Assembly: GCA_963844715.1 (NCBI GenBank)
Contig: CAWJPJ010000006.1
Span: 832,001-896,000 of the forward strand
Source: an uncultured Phycisphaerales bacterium
GTDB taxonomy: Bacteria; Planctomycetota; Phycisphaerae; Tepidisphaerales; Tepidisphaeraceae
Length of the DNA stretch: 64,000 nt
Direction: 5' to 3'
The notes beneath the pieces were generated by a model. The model was not told where the DNA came from, searched no databases, and saw only the letters and a list, made by a program, of their open reading frames with translations. Positions 9,639 through 19,270 of this stretch are shown here, piece by piece. A program made the position numbers and the translations under genes. Positions within the stretch are counted from its first letter, which is position 1. Each line of letters starts with the position of its first letter.

Positions 9639-12044
9639 ATGCCTCGGGATATTCCAGTCGGCAACGGATCGCTGCTGGTCGCATTCGATAATCGCTATCA
9701 AATCCGCGACGTTTTCTTTCCGCATGTCGGGCAGGAAAATCACGCCGGCGCCGGGCCGTGCCGGTTTGGGGTATACGCGGATATCCCGGCCGCGGGAAAG
9801 AGCCGCCTGGCCTGGACAAGCGACCCCGCCTGGCAGATTCGCCAGCGATACCTCCGCGATTGCCTGACCACCAGTGTCAGTCTGGATCACGCCCAACTGC
9901 GGCTCTCCCTCTACTGCAACGACGCGGTCGATTTCCATCGAAATATTCTGGTGCGGAAGATCAAAATCAAGAATCTCACCGAGGCCGCGCGCACCGTTCA
10001 GATCATCCATCATCAGGACTTCAACATGTTCGGGACGAAAGTGGGCGACACCGCCTATTTCGATCCGGAACTGAAATCGATCGTCCACTACCGCGGCAAG
10101 CGATACCTGATGGCCACGTTTTTCTCCGGCGCAGAGCAGCGGATCGATGAATACGCAACGGGAACCAGCGGCTTTCAAGGCGCCGAGGGAACCTGGCGCG
10201 ACGCGGAAGACGGGCACCTCCAGGGGAACGCCATCGCGCAAGGCGCCGTCGACAGCACGATCAGCCTGCACGTGCCGGTGCGGGGCGGCGGGGAATCGAG
10301 CGTTTACTTCGCGATGATCGCGGCCGAGTCGCGCGAGGAATTACTCGAGCAGCATCGCTGGCTCCTTCGCCAGACCCCGCAAACGGTGCTGGATCGCACC
10401 ACCAGCTACTGGCGGCTTTGGGTCGGCGGCACCCACATCAACTTCGGCAATTTGCCCGCCAAGGTCGTCGAACTCTTCAAACGCTCGCTGCTGGTCATGC
10501 GCACGCAGATCGACAACGGCGGCGCCATCGTCGCCGCAAACGACAGCGATCTGCTGCAATACGCGCGCGACACCTATTCGTACATGTGGCCGCGCGACGG
10601 CGCCCTGGTCGCCGATTCATTGGACATGGCGGGACTGCCGGACGTCGCCAAATGGTTTTACAGTTTTTGCCGCGATGTGATCACACCCGAGGGATATTTC
10701 CGCCACAAATACAATCCGGACGGCTCCCCCGCTTCGAGTTGGCATCCCTGGGTGATGCGCGGGCAGAGCGCCATGCCGATCCAGGAGGACGAAACGGCCC
10801 TGGTCGTCTGGGCGCTCTGGCGGCATTACTACCGCTACCGGGACATCGAATATATCCGCCCCCTCTGGGTGGACCTGGTGCAAAAGGCCGCCGATTTCAT
10901 GGTGCGATATCGCGATCAGCGGACCGGCCTGCCGCTCCCCAGTTACGATCTATGGGAAGAGCGCTGGGGCGTGCACGCCTTTACGATCGCGACCGTTTAC
11001 GGCGCCCTCAAAGCCGCGCGCAACTTCGCCGTTTGCTTTGGAGAGCGCGCCAAGGCCGAGACCTACAACCAGGCTGCCGAAGAGATCAAAACATCCGCCG
11101 CGAAATATCTGTGGAGCGAAAAGCACAAGCGCTTCGTCCGCCGCCTCATTCCGCGCGACAACAACACCAACGGCGACGACATCTACGAAGTCGATGAAGT
11201 CGTCGACGCCTCCCTTTACGCAATTTACAAGTTTCATCTGTTCGACGCCCACGACCCGCGCGTCGAGCAAACCATGCGTCAGGTCGAAAGCCGCCTGTGG
11301 ATCAAAACCCGCGTCGGCGGCGTCTGCCGATACGAACACGACAACTATCACCGCGTCAGCACCGATCTCGCCGGCGTGCCCGGAAACCCCTGGTTCATCT
11401 GCACCCTATGGCTCGCCGATTATTTCATCACCCGAGCGCAATCCGCGGCGGATCTGAAGATGGCGCTCCCGATTTTCGAATGGACCGCCAGCCACGCGCT
11501 CGAATCCGGCGTCCTAGCCGAGCAAGTCAACCCCTACACAAACGAGCCCATCAGCGTCTCCCCCCTAACCTGGTCCCACGCCGCCGTCGTCGGCACCGTG
11601 ATAACTTATTTGGAAAAGCTCGAAGAATTACAGACCTGCTCCGAATGCAATCAGCCGATGTTTCATGTTCGCCATGACGGCCCCACTTCCATGAAGAGCC
11701 AGGCGAATTTCGATCGCCTCGAGGTTTGGCCGCAATCCCCCAACGAGCGCGAAATGACCAGCGCCGTCGGCCGATTCACTTCCACCGACCCCCACACCGG
11801 CCGCCAGCAGGCGGTCACGCTCGGAATCGACATCCGCGACTGCATCGGCTGCGAAGTCTGCGTGGCTCACTGCAAGCAAAACGTCCTGCGAATGGTCGAC
11901 GGCAAGGCTCTGGTCGATCTGCAAAATCTCAATCAGTGCGATCTCGATGCCGAGTGCGTCGAGGTCTGCCCGACCGATGTCGTCATGCTGCGTGTAGTTC
12001 CAATCGAGCCGGCTCTTCGCGACGCGAAAGCGCCCGTCGCGTGA
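9639..12044 (+). CDS. Glycoside hydrolase family 15 (glucoamylase-like) with C-terminal 4Fe-4S dicluster ferredoxin domain
   Basis: YSYMWPRDG, QEDET, YDLWEER, LAEQV..SVSPLTWSHA (GH15); tail has CIGCEVCVAHC and CDLDAECVEVCP. Confidence 0.9.
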   Translation: MPRDIPVGNGSLLVAFDNRYQIRDVFFPHVGQENHAGAGPCRFGVYADIPAAGKSRLAWTSDPAWQIRQRYLRDCLTTSVSLDHAQLRLSLYCNDAVDFHRNILVRKIKIKNLTEAARTVQIIHHQDFNMFGTKVGDTAYFDPELKSIVHYRGKRYLMATFFSGAEQRIDEYATGTSGFQGAEGTWRDAEDGHLQGNAIAQGAVDSTISLHVPVRGGGESSVYFAMIAAESREELLEQHRWLLRQTPQTVLDRTTSYWRLWVGGTHINFGNLPAKVVELFKRSLLVMRTQIDNGGAIVAANDSDLLQYARDTYSYMWPRDGALVADSLDMAGLPDVAKWFYSFCRDVITPEGYFRHKYNPDGSPASSWHPWVMRGQSAMPIQEDETALVVWALWRHYYRYRDIEYIRPLWVDLVQKAADFMVRYRDQRTGLPLPSYDLWEERWGVHAFTIATVYGALKAARNFAVCFGERAKAETYNQAAEEIKTSAAKYLWSEKHKRFVRRLIPRDNNTNGDDIYEVDEVVDASLYAIYKFHLFDAHDPRVEQTMRQVESRLWIKTRVGGVCRYEHDNYHRVSTDLAGVPGNPWFICTLWLADYFITRAQSAADLKMALPIFEWTASHALESGVLAEQVNPYTNEPISVSPLTWSHAAVVGTVITYLEKLEELQTCSECNQPMFHVRHDGPTSMKSQANFDRLEVWPQSPNEREMTSAVGRFTSTDPHTGRQQAVTLGIDIRDCIGCEVCVAHCKQNVLRMVDGKALVDLQNLNQCDLDAECVEVCPTDVVMLRVVPIEPALRDAKAPVA

Positions 12045-13733
12045 AATAAACCAGCAGCCCGACAAACGCCAGACAGAGCAAAACCTCATTCGTCCACGCC
12101 GATGGAAACGCGTCGCCAATGAAGTGATACCCGAGGATGTGCTTGGCGACGATGTTCTGCTCCGCGAATTGGCTGGGGAGATGATCGCCAAGCACGATGC
12201 CGGGGAGACGCTGGCCCATGACGGGCCGAACGGCGTATTCAGCGTGTTCATTGTGCAACTGAAATAGAATCCCCAGCACAAAATCGATTCCGCACCCGCA
12301 CACGCCCAGGATCTGCCACGGAACCGACAGTCGCGGCAAAAGCGACGCGAAGCGCATATTCCAAAATAAATCAGCGGCAGCCCCCACAGCGGCAGCGACC
12401 CCCAAGCCTTCAGTTCCGGAGTGGATGCGATTCCCAGCAACGTCGTAACAACAAACATCATGAGCCAGAACCGCCCCACCACTGGCGCGAGATTGAGCCG
12501 CCGCAGATGCACCACCAGGATCAGCCCGCCGAAAATTCCCCACGCAAACGGGATGGTCGTCTGATCGAGGCAGAAAATCAGGTCGCGAATTAGCGCCGGC
12601 GGGTCGCTCTGCGCGAATTGCCCATAGGGAACACTGCGGAAGAAATACGGCACAAACACATTGACCGCGTTCCCCCCCATCACCGCAATGCGAGTCCACG
12701 ACTGATCTTCGATCGCCCACGCCGTCGTGTTCGTGCGCACAGTATGGCTCACGCCGTAAGTGTGAATCGCCCAAACAAACCACGTCGCCAGCAGCGCCGC
12801 GCACACCCCCGCGATCGTCAATATCTCCCCGAACTTGTTTCGACGCTTCGGCCAGACGGCGACCAAATAATGCAGCCCCAGCGCCGCCGCCCAGGCGCAT
12901 GCGTAATAATGCGAGAGACACGCCATCGCCACGAAAAAAAATCCGGCGGTTAATCGACCGCGATCGTTTTTCATCCACCCGCGCAAATAAAACCAGACCG
13001 CCAGCAAACAAGGCATCGCCGTGAATGATTTTGTCCACGCAAATTCCACGTTTTCCATCACCGCGGCGTTGGTGGCGAGCAAGAAAAGTATCGCGGCGGT
13101 CGCGGCGCGGCGGCCGAGTTTTCTATTCGCGCCGCTGGTTACGAAAAGAAAACAAACCAGCGCGGGAAGTAAATTCAAAAACAGCGCGATGAACTGATAA
13201 GTTTTAAAATCGTTGCCGTACAGCGCCATGAAATGCGCGCAAACCAGGTTCATCAGCGGCGGCCGCGCCGTCAGGAGATACATGCCGAGAATTCTGTAAT
13301 TCAAATCCCAGTGCTCAAGAAAGAAAAGCGGGCGTTTGTAATGTTCGATCCAATCAAAATAGATATCCCCGCCGCCAAAATTGCGAATATCCGCGGCTTG
13401 CAAAAGCGCCCAGCACCAAAGAACCCCAAACGCGCCCAAAACCCGGCGAATATGCCGCCGCGCAATCAATCGCCGCAAATCTTTCCACGATGCGATCGTC
13501 ATCGCGCCGCAAATCGCGGCCAGGATTCGATGCGAATTAATCGTTGGCAGATTCGCCGCGTAAATGAACATCGACCCAGCGTAAATAAACACCAGCGACG
13601 CGGCGACCGAAGCGCAAAGAGTTTCCAGCGGCTTCCAGCGGAAATGGCGCACGAAAAATAATCCCGGCCCGATCGAAGCCACGGCGAGCCACAACAAGAG
13701 GAGCGGAAAATAAACCGGGATGGATAATAACAT
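11983..13733 (-). CDS. Polytopic membrane protein, GT-C/PMT-like glycosyltransferase; frameshift near 12355
   Basis: Many hydrophobic helices, periplasmic DWIEHY...ARPPLMNL loop; C-terminal helices continue in the 11983..13038 frame. Confidence 0.6.
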
Positions 13734-13784
13734 GATGTATCAACAGCCGCGGCGGATTCGCGGCGTGCGAGCCCCGCGCGGATC

Positions 13785-14831
13785 ATGTACACTATCGGCA
13801 TGGAGAAGAACGGAATGCACAAAACGAGCGAAATCCTGCGCGTTGGCGTGATCGGTTGCGGACGAATGGGACGTCTGCACGCGCGGGTTTATTCGCAAAT
13901 GCCCACGGTCAAAGTCATGGGGGTTTATGATATTTCCGAGGATGTGCGCACGGCGGTCGCCGAGGAATTCAATCTCACCGCCGCCAAATCGCTCGAGGAA
14001 TTGCTGCCGAATCTCGATGCCGTCACCATCGCGGTGCCGACGAAGTTTCATCTCGGAATCGCCGAGCAATGCTTGCGCAGAAAGATCGCCTGCCTGATCG
14101 AAAAACCCCTGGCGAAAGATACCGTCGAGGCCGCCAAGATCGTCGAACTCGCCAAACAATTCAGCACCACCGTGCAAGTCGGCCACATCGAGCGATTCAA
14201 TCCCGCGATTCGAGCCATGGCGCGATTGAAGATTCAGCCGCGGTTTCTGGAAGTCACGCGCATCAGCCCCATGACGTTCCGCAGCATCGACGTCGGCGTC
14301 GTGCTCGACATGATGATCCACGATATCGATATCGTCCTGAGCCTCGCCAACTCGACTGTGTCGAAAATCGACGCCATCGGCGTCAGCGTCCTCGGCGAAT
14401 ACGAAGACATCTGCAACGCCCGCCTCACCTTCGCCAACGGCTGCGTCGCCAATCTCACCGCCAGCCGCCTGGCGATGCGCACCGATCGCCGCCTGCGCGT
14501 CTTCAGTCATGACGCCTACGTCTCAATCGACTATCAAAAACGCCACGGCACAGTCATCCGCCGCGGCGGAAATGTCGAGGCCATCCGCAAGGCCGTCGCC
14601 CAAATCCGCGCCGGCGAAATCGAGGACCTCTCCCAACTCAACTACAAGGACCTGGTCCATTTCGAGGAACTGCAAAGCGACGATGTCGAGCCCCTGACAG
14701 CCGAGTTGGATTCGTTCGTCGAGGCGATGCAGACAGGCTCCCGGCCGCTGGTGAACGCCGAGGATGGAATGCACGCGGTGGAAGTCGCCCAGCGAATCGT
14801 CGCGGCGATTGGGCCGGCGAAGCTGGGATGA
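13785..14831 (+). CDS. Gfo/Idh/MocA family oxidoreductase (GnnA-like)
   Basis: GVIGCGRMG, IEKP, VGHIERFNP, DVGVVLDMMIHDID. Confidence 0.92.
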   Translation: MYTIGMEKNGMHKTSEILRVGVIGCGRMGRLHARVYSQMPTVKVMGVYDISEDVRTAVAEEFNLTAAKSLEELLPNLDAVTIAVPTKFHLGIAEQCLRRKIACLIEKPLAKDTVEAAKIVELAKQFSTTVQVGHIERFNPAIRAMARLKIQPRFLEVTRISPMTFRSIDVGVVLDMMIHDIDIVLSLANSTVSKIDAIGVSVLGEYEDICNARLTFANGCVANLTASRLAMRTDRRLRVFSHDAYVSIDYQKRHGTVIRRGGNVEAIRKAVAQIRAGEIEDLSQLNYKDLVHFEELQSDDVEPLTAELDSFVEAMQTGSRPLVNAEDGMHAVEVAQRIVAAIGPAKLG

Positions 14832-14887
14832 AGATAGTTGCCAGGTGCCCAAAGAAGGCCGGGATTTTCTGACAACAACCGATGAGT

Positions 14888-14949
14888 CCTAATCTTTATC
14901 TTGCTCCTAATCTTCTTCGTAATCTTAATCTTGATCTTAATCCTAATCT
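14888..14949 (-). repeat. Degenerate hexamer tandem repeat (ATCTTA)n, i.e. (GATTAA)n on the minus strand
   Basis: ctaatctttatcttgctcctaatcttcttcgtaatcttaatcttgatcttaatcctaatc. Confidence 0.85.
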
Positions 14950-15096
14950 CCGCGTTGGCTTCCCCCGGTGAATTCAGTTTTGCCACAGATGGGGCACCGA
15001 TTCACACACATTCTCCGCGAAAGCCAACGGATGGCCATCCGTTGGGAACCGACCTCACCCCCAGCTTCGGCAGCCGAGTGCTCACCAGCATCCGTC

Positions 15097-15123
15097 AGCT
15101 AGCCGAAGGACCGCCGTGGTGGC
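15097..15123 (+). repeat. Copy 1 of an approximately 27-bp dispersed repeat CTAGCCGAAGGRCCGCCGTGGYGG; other copies at about 18022-18048 and 18333-18359
   Basis: Direct comparison of the three sites. Confidence 0.85.
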
Positions 15124-15347
15124 GAACTGGCGGCTTGGCTGTTTGATGAATATTGAATAAATTGGGCTGGAGGATTGGTTAGGGCGCGGTCCATGGAACA
15201 GCTTGGAGTGGGACTATATTCCGACATCCTGCATGCCTTCTGCCCTCGGTTAGCGTCGTCGTGTTTGACGAGGAAAAAAATGTCCACGTAATTCACCGAT
15301 CTTATCTAAAGAGCATCGGATTATATGAGTGATATGCGAGAAGGGAC

Positions 15348-15842
15348 TTGTGGACGGTCGCTCCGGGAAAGGACCCCTTTATGACCGCAGTTCTTCTCAC
15401 CCGCCACGATCCCGACTTTTCACTTCTGAACGGCAATATAAACCCTTCACGCTCATTTTACGCACAAATGTATCGCGATTACGAGCGGAAATGCCGCCTA
15501 TTGGCTGACGCCGCCGGCGTCAATCAGTTTCTTTGGGCAGTGGAAAAGTCCAAAGGCTTCAAGCATTTCGAGATGATCAAGCTTGTGGAATGGGAAATAG
15601 GCGTGGACGAAAGCCGAGTCCTCGGCTACGTAGAGGACCGCGCATGGTTCGCATTCCTGCAGGGTCAGCGCGCCGGTCTCCAAGGATGCTTCTTTCGAAA
15701 ACGGCCGCACCGGCACGATGGAAGCGTCCTGGTTCCATTCCCGCTTCGGCAAGACGAAATTCTGAAGAAGCGAATATACGAATTTCTTAACCCAAACAAA
15801 GCGAGAGTAATCCAAGAGTTGTCCTTCAATAGAACCCAATAA
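15348..15842 (+). CDS. Hypothetical protein, lower GC, convergent with the OLD-type nuclease gene
   Basis: 164-aa ORF with globular composition; start uncertain. Confidence 0.55.
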   Translation: MWTVAPGKDPFMTAVLLTRHDPDFSLLNGNINPSRSFYAQMYRDYERKCRLLADAAGVNQFLWAVEKSKGFKHFEMIKLVEWEIGVDESRVLGYVEDRAWFAFLQGQRAGLQGCFFRKRPHRHDGSVLVPFPLRQDEILKKRIYEFLNPNKARVIQELSFNRTQ

Positions 15843-15856
15843 GACAGCGCTATCGG

Positions 15857-17377
15857 TTATGGTTGGCGAGCTAAAGCCGACTGAATTTCCTGCAATATTG
15901 TAATCACCTCGGCCGCCGATACCTGAAACTCGTTCCTCGCCACCTCTTCATTAACTCGAATAAACTCCTCAACTTTCGCCAAGAGCACTCTTTTCGCCTC
16001 TCGCTTCTCTCGTTTGTCCAATAGACTAAGGGCCGACGTCGCATCGGCCTCAAAACGCTGCGGGTAATATTTTTCGAAATCGTGCTGAGCTAGCTGACGA
16101 AACTGCCCCCGGTTCCAACCATGGTATTTCTCAACCAATTTACGCAGAATTTCGCTCTCGGTCTCGCCCCCATCCACTATCACCCAAGCCTTATTTCTGT
16201 ACACGGGCTCCAAGTTCAGAAAACAGATCAGATCATTGAAGGTGTCGAATCTCGGCTCCACCTTTGAGAGCGAACCGGCGGAAAAAGTCCGCACGCGACC
16301 ACTCAAGTCCGGTAAGAACCAAGGAATTAAGTACTCCCGAATGATCTTCTCGGCCGACGACTCCTCCAAAAACAGCCAGGCGCTCCACAGATAGTCATCA
16401 GCAAGCTCGTACCCGAGCTCGTCAAGCACCTCGTGGCGCGCCTCCGTCGTGCGCTCCACTTCTCGCACCTCAGCCGTTGGAATCGAAGAAGGCGGCGACA
16501 ACTGGCAGACGCGGAAGACTTTTGCGTCGGCGATCCCGCCAAGCCTCCTCAATACCACGTTCGAATGCGTCGTAATCAGAAATTGATTTGTTTTAGCCTT
16601 ATCAACGATAACATCGAGCAAGCCCTTCAGCGCCCTGGGATGCAAATCGTTTTCGGGCTCTTCGATAATAAAGAGCTTATCATCGGCCAGGCTTAAATCG
16701 GCCAAAATGGCGACCAAACTCATAACGCCCTCCCCCATTTGTGAGAGTGGTATCCGCGAAAAATTATCGATCATGTAGACCGCCTGTTTTCCGCCCGGAC
16801 TTCCACTCGTGGTGATCCTTAGCCCAAGAATCCGCTCGCATGCGTCCATAAAATATTTGCACGCCGGAATGCCGGGATTGCACAGCTTGTCGACCTTTGC
16901 AACCAAGAACTGAAAGTTTGGCATTACGCTATCGGTGGTGTCGGCATTTATTGTCTCGACCAGGTCGGTGACTTTGCGCTTGGCCCCAAAAAGATAGATG
17001 AAGTTATCTGGCGACTTACCAGGGAATGGAGTTAGGGGACTCTCTTGCCTATGCGGACCGGTGGCGGTTGTGGTAAAAGTAGTCATGCTTGGCCCACCTC
17101 TCCCAACGATCTTCCTGATTTTGCCTAGGTTCGCCGGCAAAAAAGGCGGGGGCTTGGCCCACCCGAGCTCAATCGTAACGGTCAATCTCTGATCACCCTC
17201 CCTAATGTCGGCGGGTAGAAGCTGAGGGAAGCGATCCTGAAGCGACAGCAGCGGCCGAAGAAGCGTCGACTTGCCCGCATTGTTCGGGCCAACGATCACG
17301 TTGACGCCCTTCGAAAGCTGCAGTTCGAATGTGGGGAAACACCGAAGGCCTTCGCCGCTTATATTCTTGACCCACAT
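15857..17377 (-). CDS. OLD-family-like ATP-dependent nuclease (ABC/AAA ATPase + Toprim-like domain)
   Basis: Walker A GPNNAGKS, LSQMGEG signature, Walker B IIEEPENDLHP, ITTHS, then FLEESSAE...VIVDGG...HDFEKYY Toprim-like acidic motifs. Confidence 0.8.
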   Translation of the reverse strand: MWVKNISGEGLRCFPTFELQLSKGVNVIVGPNNAGKSTLLRPLLSLQDRFPQLLPADIREGDQRLTVTIELGWAKPPPFLPANLGKIRKIVGRGGPSMTTFTTTATGPHRQESPLTPFPGKSPDNFIYLFGAKRKVTDLVETINADTTDSVMPNFQFLVAKVDKLCNPGIPACKYFMDACERILGLRITTSGSPGGKQAVYMIDNFSRIPLSQMGEGVMSLVAILADLSLADDKLFIIEEPENDLHPRALKGLLDVIVDKAKTNQFLITTHSNVVLRRLGGIADAKVFRVCQLSPPSSIPTAEVREVERTTEARHEVLDELGYELADDYLWSAWLFLEESSAEKIIREYLIPWFLPDLSGRVRTFSAGSLSKVEPRFDTFNDLICFLNLEPVYRNKAWVIVDGGETESEILRKLVEKYHGWNRGQFRQLAQHDFEKYYPQRFEADATSALSLLDKREKREAKRVLLAKVEEFIRVNEEVARNEFQVSAAEVITILQEIQSALARQP

Positions 17378-18277
17378 CCTTAAATCCCTTTTTTTGAACG
17401 GCCTCCTCGGCAAACAGAGGCTACCGCCGCCGCCGGGGTGTGGCAAATCGTGCGGCGCTTTCACCGGGACGCTATTACTTGCGGAAAAAAAAACGCGAAA
17501 CTTGTAAAACTCCCCGCCGATCACCGAGTGCCACGGACGGCGCATCCCCGGTGCCTACTTGATTCCGGTCAGGCCAGTTCGGACCAGCGTTCCCTTTGAC
17601 CGACGGTTGAGTCGACCTATCCTCCGTTTCCTATCGTTGCCCGGGCTCGCCGACTCCCCGCCACCGAAACTGAATATTCAAAAACGAATTTCCAAATACC
17701 GCTTTTGGAAATACGCCAGGTCCATTCCGAATTAATTCCAATTTCCATTTTTTAGCCCAAAGACCGCCGTTTTGAACAAGCCGCAGGACCCCCGTGGCGA
17801 CATTCATCGTTCATCGTTTCCCCCCGACCCGCAACTGGCAACTGGCAACTAATATGCATTTTTTAATATATCTCCCCCCCCCGCAACCCCCAGCCGCCCC
17901 GCCACTTGCGCGCACCCAAAAAATTAAATCTTCTTGCTACGAACGTATGCATTTTTTGATATACCACTGCCTACTGCCTTTTTAAGCTGCCAAACGCGGT
18001 CTTCTTCCCCTAGCAACAAACAACCAGCCGAAGGGCCGCCGTGGTGGCCAACCAGTAACGTGTCTATTAAACATTAAACAGACACCGCAACTCAAGTCCC
18101 CCCAATAACTTCCCCCAAAAAAGTCCCCAATTTCAGTTCGAATCGAAAAAATGTTGCGCAGCTTACCCCCATTTTTTTCCAAAATGATTTATTTTCCCTG
18201 CCCTGAGCCAAGTCGAAGGGGCCCTCTACTGCCCCACTTTTCCAGATCGCCGCGGCCGCAATGCGCGGGGAAATTCA

Positions 18278-18321
18278 GATTAAGATTATGATTACGATTA
18301 CGATTAAGAGAAGGATTAGGA
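18278..18321 (+). repeat. (GATTAA/GATTAC)n hexamer tract; further tracts at 18884-18908, 33652-33712 and 34607-34625
   Basis: gattaagattatgattacgattacgattaagagaaggattagg. Confidence 0.85.
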
Positions 18322-18451
18322 TGCTTTGCCGGCAACTAGCCGAAGGGCCGCCGTGGCGGTCAACTAACAACTGGCAACTGTTCTTATCCATGCAAATTCC
18401 CATCCGTGATATCCGCGAAATCCGTGGTCAAATGAATTGGAAGATCTAACA

Positions 18452-18889
18452 ATGAAACCACCGACAAATATCGAAGTGTTATTCGTCGCCGGGTTTGGGC
18501 CGATCGTTCAGGACCTCGCCGCTGCTCGGAAGTTTTATGGCCAGGCCTTGGGCTTGCCCCTGAAGGAAGAGCCCAATGGCTACATGCACACCGGCGCAAT
18601 CGACGGCGTGAAGCATTTCGCCCTCTGGCCGCTCGAACAGGCGGCAGAGAGTTGTTTCGGCCGCAGCGAGTGGCCCGCCGATCTTCCCGTGCCGCAGGCT
18701 TGGTTGGAGTTTGATGTAGCCGATATCGAAAAAGCCACGGCCGAGTTGAAGTCGCAAGGCTACAAACTGCTGATCGCAATGCGAAAAGAACCCTGGGGCC
18801 AAACCGTGACAAGATTACTAAGCCCCGAAGGCTTGCTGGTAGGAGTGACATATACTCCCGCGATGCGGGGCGGGGAGGGGAAAGATTAG
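18452..18889 (+). CDS. VOC/glyoxalase family protein
   Basis: VLFVAGFGPIV.D...A.KFY...LG, QAWLEFDV, EPWGQTVTRLLSPEGLLVG. Confidence 0.9.
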   Translation: MKPPTNIEVLFVAGFGPIVQDLAAARKFYGQALGLPLKEEPNGYMHTGAIDGVKHFALWPLEQAAESCFGRSEWPADLPVPQAWLEFDVADIEKATAELKSQGYKLLIAMRKEPWGQTVTRLLSPEGLLVGVTYTPAMRGGEGKD

Positions 18890-18950
18890 GATTACGATTA
18901 AGATTGATCTGAGTTGTCAGTTGTTAGTTGCCAGCTGCCAGTGAGGGGCG

Positions 18951-18987
18951 GAGATTTAACCGCGGATTTCGCGGATGGCGCGGATAA
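18951..18987 (+). repeat. 37-bp repeat GAGATTTAACCGCGGATTTCGCGGATGGCGCGGATAA, identical copy at 21359-21395
   Basis: Exact match of both copies; related inverted forms (ATCCGTG...ATCCGTGG) at 18402-18428, 19080-19110, 25788-25818, 33534-33563. Confidence 0.9.
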
Positions 18988-19270
18988 GAATTCAAATCTG
19001 GTAGGGACAACGAGACTAAAAGGCTTGGAGACGGAGAGACTTGGAGACGGAGTGGGTCGCAAGAAAATGGTCTTCTCTGCATCCGTGCGTATCTGTGAAA
19101 TCCGTGGTTGAATCAGAATTCCTTGGCGTGCTTGGCGGGTTGGCGATTTATATCTATTGCGGGGGCGTTGGGTTGCCTTGGCGGCAACGGGGGATTGCAG
19201 TTATTGGGGATTGATTGCCGTGGGGGCAACTAATTGGTAGAATGCGGGTCGGGAACCCGGCGGGGTTGTG

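Noticed and set aside
14642..15146. ORFs with IKIKIKI / ILILILI stretches (also 18261..18449 and 33564..33749)
   Set aside because: Translations of the hexamer DNA repeats, not credible proteins
14880..19150. Repeat cluster as a CRISPR array or classical integron
   Set aside because: No regularly spaced identical repeats with unique spacers, no cas genes, no intI tyrosine recombinase, and no convincing attC RYYYAAC/GTTRRRY pairs
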